Positions 1-5,926 of a DNA stretch of 32,000 bases are shown here, piece by piece. The position numbers and the translations under genes are program-made. Source of the stretch: Escherichia coli (lineage in GTDB: Bacteria; Pseudomonadota; Gammaproteobacteria; Enterobacterales; Enterobacteriaceae). A model generated the notes under the pieces. That model did not search any database. It saw only the letters and a list, made by a program, of their open reading frames with translations, and was not told where the DNA came from. Within the stretch, counting starts at the first letter, position 1, and every line of letters begins with the position of its first letter. The stretch is taken from NCBI RefSeq assembly GCF_047300905.1, contig NZ_CP178552.1; one strand, given 5' to 3'.

Positions 1-722
1 CCTCTGGCCTTAAGCTCTGCTCCCTGCTGGTCTATTTTGTCCTGCCACACCTTGCGCTGTGCCGGTGTGCCTGCCACCTCATAATCCATGTGCGGGAGTG
101 TTGCCGCTGACAGTCCGGCCAGCCGGAGAACCGGCTCGCCGGTGAGGCTGATTTGCATCTGTTTTATTTTCTGTTCCAGCGATGATTTCACCTGCTGCAT
201 GACAGCCTTTTCCGGCGCGACGTAGCCCTGATGGCCGGTGGTGTTGGCGAGCGGATTTTCCTGTACCAGGATGCTCAGATGCATTGCCCGGACAAGCGCC
301 TCACAGGTTTCATTCAGGGCGTGTTCCAGCTCATGCTCTGCATACAGACTCAGCAGGTGATGATGTGCCTTCCGGTAGGCGGTGGCCGTGCTGTCACACG
401 CCCCTTTCAGGCGTTCACGTTCAAAATTCAGCACCACGGCCAGATTGTCATATTCCTGTACCAGCTCCCGGCGTGCCACGCGCTCAATGTGGCGCTGTTT
501 CAGCTCGTCGCTCAGGACACCACCGGCTGCACGAAAGGCCGTGCGCCAGTCGTCAGCGTCGTTTCCGTCGGCCTGCGCCAGCGCATTTTTTTCCTGCTCT
601 GCCCGTTCAATGGCCGTGACGGTCTCATCCATCAGGCGGGCGTTCTCAAGATGGGCGGCTCTGGCCTTTTCCAGTTGTGCCAGCGCGGGTTGCAGATATT
701 CAGGGATGGTGTTGTCAGACAT
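1..722 (-). CDS. sid: P4 Sid-like capsid size determination protein (C-terminal few codons lie beyond window start)
   Basis: Absent from the ORF track because no stop lies in the window. Manual minus-strand translation from ATG 722-720 (SD GAGGAG at 735-730, 7-nt spacing) reads MSDNTIPEYLQPALAQLEKARAAHLENARLMDETVTAIERAEQEKNALAQADGNDADDWRTAF... and stays open to base 1 (240 codons). The sequence, and its position divergent from the vis-alpha operon, match my recollection of P4 Sid (about 244 aa). The three plus-strand ORFs listed at 231-761 are antisense shadows. Confidence 0.78.
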   Translation of the reverse strand, partial: MSDNTIPEYLQPALAQLEKARAAHLENARLMDETVTAIERAEQEKNALAQADGNDADDWRTAFRAAGGVLSDELKQRHIERVARRELVQEYDNLAVVLNFERERLKGACDSTATAYRKAHHHLLSLYAEHELEHALNETCEALVRAMHLSILVQENPLANTTGHQGYVAPEKAVMQQVKSSLEQKIKQMQISLTGEPVLRLAGLSAATLPHMDYEVAGTPAQRKVWQDKIDQQGAELKAR

Positions 723-756
723 TTTCCGGCTCCTCGTCACTTCAGGTTAAGAAAAT

Positions 757-812
757 TGTGACGTACACCGGACAACAACACGACGCATTGCAGATGTGCC
801 AGCCCTGACACA
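757..812 (-). promoter_or_regulatory. Psid-like late promoter control region with two TGT-N12-ACA dyads (757-774 and 795-812)
   Basis: Both dyads were read directly: TGT gacgtacaccgg ACA and TGT gccagccctgac ACA, with centres 38 bp apart. If the distal dyad sits near -55, the start site falls about 27 nt upstream of the sid ATG and the proximal dyad lies near -17. TGT-N12-ACA is the Ogr/Delta-family activator site of P2/P4 late promoters. From memory, P4 promoters carry a second site near -18. Confidence 0.5.
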
Positions 813-891
813 GGAGACTCATCCTCAGACCGGCAAGCCAGGAAAAGGTCGCAGGAAAAACCGGCTTACTGTTTGTTTTTTTATATTTTAC

Positions 892-971
892 TGTTCACCT
901 CTGTTCACCATAAGAAAAAAGATAATTAATACAGTAAGTTAAAGGGTGAACAATCGCAGTAATGACTGTTC
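892..971. repeat. P4 ori-like iteron cluster, left part
   Basis: TGTTCACC occurs at 892-899 and 902-909, inverted GGTGAACA at 945-952, and a truncated TGTTC at 967-971 that is completed by ACC only across the IS (3618-3620). TGTTCACC is the octamer iteron bound by P4 alpha protein (established knowledge, from memory). Confidence 0.6.
965..971. repeat. Target-site duplication ACTGTTC, left copy
   Basis: An identical 7-mer directly abuts both IS termini (965-971 and 3611-3617). Confidence 0.8.
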
Positions 972-1070
972 TGCGTATTCCGCTCTATTCGATCACGGAT
1001 TGGCATCGAAGTCCGATCAGCGATTCGCATCCATTCGATCAACCGGGAACTTAACTTTTTCTACCGCTTT

Positions 1071-1826
1071 TTAACGCGTTTTTTCGCTGCTTTCCACTAC
1101 CGGGGGATTTTTCCTCAGTGACTCTCCCTGAAGGACCACCCGGTGTGAGTTATGTACCAGTCTGTCCAGGATGGCATCTGCTGTTGTTGGGTTCTCCATC
1201 AGACCATGCCATTTATCTACCGGGAACTGGCTTACCACTATCGTGCTGCTTTGTCCGTAACGATCCTCTATGAGCTCCAGAAGGTCATTACACTGGGCGT
1301 TACTTAACTGTTCCAGCCCCAGATCGTCCAGGATTAGAACCTGTATTTTTTGCAACTGTTTCAGATATTTCAGCCAGCTGCCATCAACACGTCCCTGAGC
1401 CAGTTGTTCCAGTAATCGCCCGGTTCTACAGTACCGGACGCTGTGTTTCTGTCGACATGCCTGTTCGCCCAGCGCATTGGCTATCCAGCTCTTGCCACAT
1501 CCTGTCGGACCGGTTATCAGCAGGTTTTTCCTGTGGGTTATGTAGTGGCCGTTCAGCAGTTCTCTCATCTGTTCAGCCCGCAGACCTCTTGAGGCCGGAT
1601 AGCGCAGCCCTTCCGGTGTTGCCTGGTATTTCAGGCCGGCATTTTTTCTCAACCGTGCCACACGACTGGTTTCCCTGCTCAGAAGCTCGTCATCAACCAG
1701 CTGCGTCAGCCTTTCCTCGAACGACAGTTCGTCGTAAGTCTGAGGCGTTTCCCGCTGCCGTATCAGGCTCCCGGCCATCGCCGGGAGTTTCAGTTGGGTC
1801 AGTTTGTTTAACAGGTTATCACTCAT
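1071..1826 (-). CDS. istB: IS21-family helper ATPase IstB (251 aa)
   Basis: The start is trimmed from the 332-aa track ORF to MSDNLLNKLTQLKLPAMAGS... (ATG 1826-1824), 16 nt after the istA stop. It has a Walker A motif GPTGCGKS and a Walker B-like motif VLILDDLG, with typical IstB length. Confidence 0.88.
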   Translation of the reverse strand: MSDNLLNKLTQLKLPAMAGSLIRQRETPQTYDELSFEERLTQLVDDELLSRETSRVARLRKNAGLKYQATPEGLRYPASRGLRAEQMRELLNGHYITHRKNLLITGPTGCGKSWIANALGEQACRQKHSVRYCRTGRLLEQLAQGRVDGSWLKYLKQLQKIQVLILDDLGLEQLSNAQCNDLLELIEDRYGQSSTIVVSQFPVDKWHGLMENPTTADAILDRLVHNSHRVVLQGESLRKNPPVVESSEKTR

Positions 1827-1842
1827 ACTGTTGTTCCTTCTG

Positions 1843-3378
1843 TCAGTGGTAGTAGCCCGGACCACGCAGGTTTTCATGCTCTGAAGCATATGCCGGATGT
1901 TGTTCGCCCTGGCGGGATAATGGAAGCTCCAGGTTCTCCCGATGGTGACGCAGCAGATTGTCGATAAAGCGTCTGTCAGGGGCGTTATAGTGCAGGGCAA
2001 CGTAACAGGCCTTTTCCAGCCGTTCCGGGCCGTATTTTTTCTGAAGTGCCAGCAGCCCCAGAACTGCACGATAAGCCAGTTCAGGATGGGGTTTTGCCTT
2101 CAGCATGGATTCAACCACCCGGCCTGTGGACGGGCCCGTACGTTTTCCCTGCTCGATCAGGCGTTCCGGTGTCCATGTCCCGTGCTGCCGGTGGCGCTCT
2201 GGCATGTGAAGCGGATTGGTTGTGTGTTTATATTCATGTGTGCTGCGCGGATGTTGCGCCACACACTGCCCCTTGTGCCAGAGCTGTACCACCGACTGCC
2301 CCGCCTTCAGTGACAGACGCTGACCGACCAGTTCGTGTGGAACGGAGTACCAGTGACGGGCATATTCAACGTGGTAGTCAGGGCCAACCTTCACAGCTTT
2401 GTATTCCGTGTATTCATAAGGTGCCAGAGGCAGCGGAGAGAGTGCTGGCGCATCCAGTATGCGGAAGCGTTCTGCACGGGTTTGATTGCCGTACCCCTTC
2501 ATTGGCCGGTTATTCATGTCTGTCAGTAACTCCCTAAGGCGCGCATTCAGCGCCCTGAGCGTGTGGAAGGTTTCATTACGGATGCGGGCAAGAAGCCATC
2601 GTTCGACGATGAGGACGCCGTTTTCTGCTTTTGGTTTATCTTTAGGTTTGCGTGGTCGGGCCGGGATGATAACCGTGCCATAGTGCTCAGCCAGTGCCTG
2701 ATAACTGTCGTTGATGACAGGCTCATATCGATCGGCCTTTTTCACTGCGCTTCTGAGGTTATCGGGGATGAGCAGCTTCGGTACGCCGCCCAGGAAGGTC
2801 AGGCAACGGCTGTGGGCATTTAACCATGACATCATGTCCTGACCTTCGCACGCTTCAACGTAGGTATAGTTGGACGCCCCCATTACGGCCACGAAGATTG
2901 CCACGCGGCGTATCTCACCGGTGTCCGGATTAATAACAGGAACCGTAGGACCACAGAAGTCGATAAAAAGCTTTTCGCCGGCACGATGCTCCTGGCGCAT
3001 GGAGAGACGTCGCGTTTTTTTCCACTCCCGGTAGCAACGGCAGAAGTGCGAGTATCCCATCGCTTTGTCACCCGCCTGTGCCTTGTATTCCATCCACAAC
3101 AGTTGCCGCGTCACACCTGGTTTTCTCATTTCCGTATCGAAGTACAACATGTCAGGCATTACAAGCTCTGATGCAAAGGTGTCTTTGGGCGGAAAAATGA
3201 GTTTCTCCAGCGTGTCATGGGATATATCAGCAGGTAATGGCCATGACAGAGAAGAGGCTTTGAAGCGGGCAAGAACCTCAAAAACGGTTGAGGCGCTGAT
3301 GTGTAACGTCAGTCCGATACAACGGTTAGTCAGCTTCTTGTCGAACTTGAGCTGAAGGATCTTAAAACAGGTTTCCAT
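1843..3378 (-). CDS. istA: IS21-family transposase IstA (511 aa)
   Basis: The start is trimmed to METCFKILQLKFDKKLTNRCIGL... (ATG 3378-3376, SD AGGAG 7 nt upstream). The longer track start at 3489 would lie inside the terminal repeats. It has an N-terminal HTH-like segment, and its DDE/integrase-core-like centre includes ...FIDFCGPTVPVINPDTGEIRRVAIFVAVMGASNYTYVEA.... Confidence 0.85.
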   Translation of the reverse strand: METCFKILQLKFDKKLTNRCIGLTLHISASTVFEVLARFKASSLSWPLPADISHDTLEKLIFPPKDTFASELVMPDMLYFDTEMRKPGVTRQLLWMEYKAQAGDKAMGYSHFCRCYREWKKTRRLSMRQEHRAGEKLFIDFCGPTVPVINPDTGEIRRVAIFVAVMGASNYTYVEACEGQDMMSWLNAHSRCLTFLGGVPKLLIPDNLRSAVKKADRYEPVINDSYQALAEHYGTVIIPARPRKPKDKPKAENGVLIVERWLLARIRNETFHTLRALNARLRELLTDMNNRPMKGYGNQTRAERFRILDAPALSPLPLAPYEYTEYKAVKVGPDYHVEYARHWYSVPHELVGQRLSLKAGQSVVQLWHKGQCVAQHPRSTHEYKHTTNPLHMPERHRQHGTWTPERLIEQGKRTGPSTGRVVESMLKAKPHPELAYRAVLGLLALQKKYGPERLEKACYVALHYNAPDRRFIDNLLRHHRENLELPLSRQGEQHPAYASEHENLRGPGYYH

Positions 3379-3610
3379 AGTGCTCCTGGATTTTCTCTTT
3401 CTGGACATTGACGTCTCCACTGGTTTAAACACGGCAATGGAGACTGTGGTGAAAAGAGTTAATTCCCGGAGTGACTGGCAGGATGCCAATCAATGATCGG
3501 AAGCATGCCAAATCGTGATCGATTGTGATGCCAAACTGTGATCGGAGATGGATGCCAAATCATGATCGATTCGAATGCCAAACTGCGATCGATTCAGATG
3601 CCATTTTGCA

Positions 3611-3617
3611 ACTGTTC
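3611..3617. repeat. Target-site duplication ACTGTTC, right copy
   Basis: See 965-971. Confidence 0.8.
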
Positions 3618-3631
3618 ACCGTCTGTTCACC
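3611..3631. repeat. P4 ori-like iteron cluster, right part
   Basis: TGTTCACC occurs at 3613-3620 and 3624-3631, immediately outside the IS end. Confidence 0.6.
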
Positions 3632-3735
3632 CGCTCATGGACTTTTTGTGCTGTTTACTACTGTTTGTTTTTATTAATTCGCCGGGAATGAATAAGAAGA
3701 AACGATTTGTATTTCACTATAAAAATTACGAATTG

Positions 3736-3765
3736 CTTTAAGTGGCTTTAAATGACTTTAAGTGG
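3736..3765 (+). repeat. Three tandem 10-bp repeats CTTTAAGTGG / CTTTAAATGA / CTTTAAGTGG
   Basis: Read directly. The repeats have helical-turn periodicity and lie 26 bp upstream of the 3791-3808 dyad. Their function is unknown; a regulator (Vis-type) binding array is an inference only. Confidence 0.55.
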
Positions 3766-3790
3766 AAATGAACAAAAAACACACAAGCAT

Positions 3791-3808
3791 TGTAAGGCTG
3801 CCGGAACA
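3791..3808 (+). promoter_or_regulatory. TGT-N12-ACA dyad, candidate PLL-like late promoter activator site for the vis-alpha operon
   Basis: The sequence is TGT aaggctgccgga ACA. Placing it near -55 puts a start site around 3854, about 57 nt upstream of the vis ATG. I found no second dyad 38 bp downstream. Confidence 0.35.
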
Positions 3809-3910
3809 AATCCCCCCTGTTGCGTCTGCTGAAAATATTCACAAAATAAAGCGCTACCCGAAGCCGGACGGACTTATCCGGTGCTGTATGGACATTAACG
3901 AGGTAGCCCG

Positions 3911-4177
3911 ATGCAATCTGTTTTTTCTTCCCCGTCTCCCGCCCCAGTGACGCCACTGATGCCGCTGCCGGACATCACGCAGGAGCGTTTTTTACGTCTG
4001 CCGGAAGTGATGCACCTGTGCGGCCTGTCACGCTCGACCATCTATGAACTTATCCGTAAGGGGGAATTTCCGCCGCAGGTGAGTCTTGGCGGTAAAAATG
4101 TGGCCTGGCTGCACTCTGAAGTCACCGCATGGATGGCCGGGCGCATTGCCGGACGCAAACGGGGGTACGACGCATGA
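3911..4177 (+). CDS. vis: AlpA-family HTH regulator/excisionase, equivalent of P4 orf88 (Vis)
   Basis: This is an 88-aa ORF. The segment [52 protein letters not shown] is a typical AlpA/Vis-type HTH. It is the first gene of the rightward operon, and its size is identical to P4 orf88 (from memory). An SD GAGG lies 7 nt upstream. Confidence 0.75.
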   Translation: MQSVFSSPSPAPVTPLMPLPDITQERFLRLPEVMHLCGLSRSTIYELIRKGEFPPQVSLGGKNVAWLHSEVTAWMAGRIAGRKRGYDA

Positions 4178-4728
4178 TGATGCCTGTTCTGCAAAAACTC
4201 CCTTTTTCTGGCTTGCCTTTTTCCGGCATTTGCGGATATAGTTTTTCCGCTGCCGCAAAATCGGCAGCCGGGCGTAGGAACCCGAGTTACTTCAAGGCGA
4301 CATATGACGCGCCATGCGTCTTTTTTTACGTCGTTGCTTCGGCACACCTGTTTTTCTGGCTGTGGTTTTTAAACCGTAGCCTCTGTCAGATAATGGTGGT
4401 CCGGGCGGGGCAGCCTTCGGGCTGGCCGGTTTCCTTGAAGGCCGGTATTCCTACCCCCGTCCGGGCTACCACCCATGAGCGTAGGAACTCCAGTGGTAGC
4501 TGTAACTGTTACTTCAAGGAGGCTGCCATCATGGCTACAACCCTTACCCCCTCACACCCTGAATTTGTCTTTGTGTTTGCGGCTGTCCGTCGCGCAGACC
4601 GTCATCCCCGTATCTGTATGCTTCGCACCGTCGCCGGTGATGAACGCAGTGCCCGCCGTTCCCTTGTCCGTGACTATGTGCTCTCCCTTGCTGCCCGTCT
4701 GCCGGTGGTGGAGGTGTCCCGTGCGTAA
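4129..4728 (+). CDS. Long nested ORF (199 codons), equivalent of P4 orf199/eta; reads through the CI RNA gene and ends at the kil stop
   Basis: The ORF length equals the classical P4 orf199. An in-frame ATG at 4174 overlaps the vis stop (ATGA) and is an alternative coupled start. The middle of the ORF ([29 protein letters not shown]...) coincides with the structured RNA at 4395-4473, so whether it is translated is uncertain. Confidence 0.35.
   Translation: MDGRAHCRTQTGVRRMMMPVLQKLPFSGLPFSGICGYSFSAAAKSAAGRRNPSYFKATYDAPCVFFYVVASAHLFFWLWFLNRSLCQIMVVRAGQPSGWPVSLKAGIPTPVRATTHERRNSSGSCNCYFKEAAIMATTLTPSHPEFVFVFAAVRRADRHPRICMLRTVAGDERSARRSLVRDYVLSLAARLPVVEVSRA
4213..4242 (+). promoter_or_regulatory. 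Candidate sigma70 promoter (PLE-like): TTGCCT - 18 bp - TATAGT
   Basis: The -35 element is at 4213-4218 and the -10 element at 4237-4242. The predicted start near 4249 lies about 23 nt upstream of the seqA-like element, as expected for the P4 early/immunity promoter. Confidence 0.4.
4272..4297 (+). promoter_or_regulatory. seqA-like target site of the CI RNA
   Basis: In GCGTAGGAACCCGAGTTACTTCAAGG, the GTAGGAA and CTTCAAGG blocks are complementary to TTCCTAC (4448-4454) and CCTTGAAG (4433-4440). Confidence 0.55.
4395..4473 (+). ncRNA. cI: CI RNA / c4-type antisense immunity RNA of P4-like elements
   Basis: A hand-folded closing stem pairs 4395-4410 with 4455-4473 (16 bp including one G-U, with a 3-nt bulge at 4465-4467). 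The inner hairpin CAGCC-TTCG-GGCTG lies at 4411-4424. A single-stranded seqB-like segment TTCCTTGAAGGCCGGTATTCCTAC (4431-4454) is complementary in two blocks to direct repeats at 4272-4297 and 4479-4519. The exact processed ends were not determined. Confidence 0.65.
4479..4519 (+). promoter_or_regulatory. seqC-like target site of the CI RNA, overlapping the kil ribosome-binding site
   Basis: GCGTAGGAAC...GTTACTTCAAGG repeats the two blocks of seqA. The CTTCAAGG block runs into AGGAGG (4517-4522), the SD of the ATG at 4531. Confidence 0.55.
4531..4728 (+). CDS. kil: Kil / Icd-like cell division inhibitor (65 aa)
   Basis: The protein is [66 protein letters not shown] strong SD AGGAGG lies 8 nt upstream. 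It sits directly after the antisense RNA module, as icd does after c4 in P1 and kil after cI in P4 (from memory). Confidence 0.65.
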   Translation: MATTLTPSHPEFVFVFAAVRRADRHPRICMLRTVAGDERSARRSLVRDYVLSLAARLPVVEVSRA

Positions 4729-5008
4729 TAAAAAAGCCCCTCAGACCGTCTCAGCGCGTCATGACGCCCGTGAACACCTCAGCATTGAGGCTTACCATAA
4801 GCTCAACCGCGCCAGCGCCGTATCCCAGTTTGTTGGGGGTGATTTGATTCACCGTGAACTCTCCGGCCTGCATCAGCTCTACATTCCGCATATTTTCAGC
4901 TACCTGAATGAAGATATTGATTTTGTGCTGAATGAACTGAAAGCCAAAGGCCTGTGCCGCGATTTTCTCGCCCAGCAGAAAGACCGGGGAGACAGGACGC
5001 ATGTTTGA
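4721..5008 (+). CDS. P4 epsilon-like derepression protein (95 aa, GTG start)
   Basis: No in-frame ATG exists downstream of 4475. The GTG at 4721 has SD GGAGG (4710-4714, 6-nt spacing) and overlaps the kil stop (GTGCGTAA). The product is [42 protein letters not shown].... Its size and position match P4 epsilon as I remember it. Confidence 0.6.
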   Translation: MRNKKAPQTVSARHDAREHLSIEAYHKLNRASAVSQFVGGDLIHRELSGLHQLYIPHIFSYLNEDIDFVLNELKAKGLCRDFLAQQKDRGDRTHV

Positions 5009-5456
5009 TTTTCCCCAACCCGGTGAGATTTACCGTTCTGCCGGTTTTCCCGATGTGGCCGTGGTCGGCATTCTGGAAGACGGTATTCCGTGGGAAATGC
5101 CGTACCGCTGCCCGGAAATTGTCTGGAACCCGTACCGCCGTAAATTCAGTATCCTTGTGCGTATCCTCGCCGACGGGCGCACCACAGACATCCCGCTGGG
5201 GCGTTTTCTGCGGGAATTTACCTGTGACCGTCCTGACCTGTTCAAACGCAGCCCCGTAAACCGGCATGCGGTACTGAAAGAAATGGCCGGAGACCCGGAA
5301 TTACAGAAATGGCGGGAGAAATATCTGGATATTTACCCGCAGGACCCTGTTCCGGTCAGCCGGGCGGCACCGGTGGCGCGGGAATGGCGGGAAATTCCCC
5401 GCACGGAGCCTGACCCGGAAATCACCCCGGATAACAGTTACCGCAATTATCTGTAA
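5001..5456 (+). CDS. P4 orf151 equivalent, function unknown
   Basis: This is a 151-aa ORF with SD GGAGA upstream. Its start overlaps the epsilon-like stop by 8 nt (ATGTTTGA). It has the same size and order as orf151 of P4. Confidence 0.75.
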   Translation: MFDFPQPGEIYRSAGFPDVAVVGILEDGIPWEMPYRCPEIVWNPYRRKFSILVRILADGRTTDIPLGRFLREFTCDRPDLFKRSPVNRHAVLKEMAGDPELQKWREKYLDIYPQDPVPVSRAAPVAREWREIPRTEPDPEITPDNSYRNYL

Positions 5457-5591
5457 TTAAAAAACGACACCCGAAAAATTAAATGTGCGTATTCGCGCAG
5501 GGATACGCACGTCTTCAGGAGACGCAGATATGCCTTATCAGTTAATGCAACCGGCACGGAATGCAGTCATCTGTCACAGGGAGGAAAGCAA

Positions 5592-5912
5592 ATGAAAACC
5601 CCCTTACCGCCCGTCTTACGCGCAGCCCTTTACCGTCGCGCTGTCGCCTGTGCCTGGCTGACCGTGTGCGAACGTCAGCACCGCTACCCGCATCTCACCC
5701 TTGAATCACTGGAGGCGGCCATCGCCGCTGAGCTGGAGGGCTTTTATCTGCGCCAGCACGGTGAGGAAAAAGGGCGTCAGATAGCCTGTGCCCTGCTGGA
5801 AGATTTAATGGAATCCGGCCCCCTGAAGGCCGCGCCGTCGCTGTCCTTTCTCGGGCTGGTTGTGATGGATGAACTCTGTGCCCGTCACATAAAAGCGCCG
5901 GTACTGCACTGA
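5592..5912 (+). CDS. P4 orf106 equivalent, function unknown
   Basis: This is a 106-aa ORF with SD GGGAGGA upstream. It lies immediately upstream of alpha, as in P4. Confidence 0.75.
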
Positions 5913-5926
5913 AGGAGAACAACACC

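Larger units (their letters stand above)
972..3610 (-). mobile_element. IS21-family insertion sequence, 2639 bp, istA-istB intact
   Basis: Termini are TGCGTATTCC... (left) and ...GCCATTTTGCA (right), i.e. TG...CA ends. Imperfect ~35-bp inverted repeats are present (TGCGTATTCCGCTCTATTCGATCACGGATTGGCAT versus TGCAAAATGGCATCTGAATCGATCGCAGTTTGGCAT). Multiple sub-terminal copies of ATGCCAAAnnnTGATCG occur (five between 3483 and 3600, two to three inverted copies between 990 and 1045), which is typical of IS21-family ends. The element has two-ORF istA/istB organisation and is flanked by a 7-bp direct duplication. Confidence 0.85.

Noticed and set aside
231-761. Three overlapping plus-strand ORFs (176, 111 and 122 aa) from the ORF track
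   Set aside because: They lie antisense to a continuous, well-initiated minus-strand frame that reads as P4 Sid. They have no SDs and are Arg/Ala/Pro-rich, with the composition typical of shadow frames.
1827-2069. N-terminal extension of the istB ORF (332 aa in the track)
   Set aside because: The extension overlaps the end of istA in another frame. The conserved IstB sequence starts at MSDNLL (ATG 1826), just after the istA stop.
3379-3489. N-terminal extension of the istA ORF (548 aa in the track)
   Set aside because: The start would lie within the IS terminal repeat region. The ATG at 3378 has a proper AGGAG SD, and the product begins with the expected HTH region.
3538-3950. Small ORFs at 3538-3741 (67 aa), 3762-3950 (62 aa) and 3738-3956 (minus strand, 72 aa)
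   Set aside because: The first crosses the IS terminus and the origin iterons. The others cover the promoter and repeat region upstream of vis. None has an SD or a recognisable motif.
4304-4372. A 22-codon ORF ([22 protein letters not shown]) whose AAGG lies within the seqA-like element
   Set aside because: It is tempting as a leader peptide regulated like kil, but it is too short and unsupported to call from sequence alone.
5485-5510. Hairpin GTGCGTAT-N10-ATACGCAC as a terminator between orf151 and orf106
   Set aside because: It has no downstream T-tract and alpha must be expressed from upstream promoters, so I do not call it a terminator. It is mentioned only as an unexplained structure.
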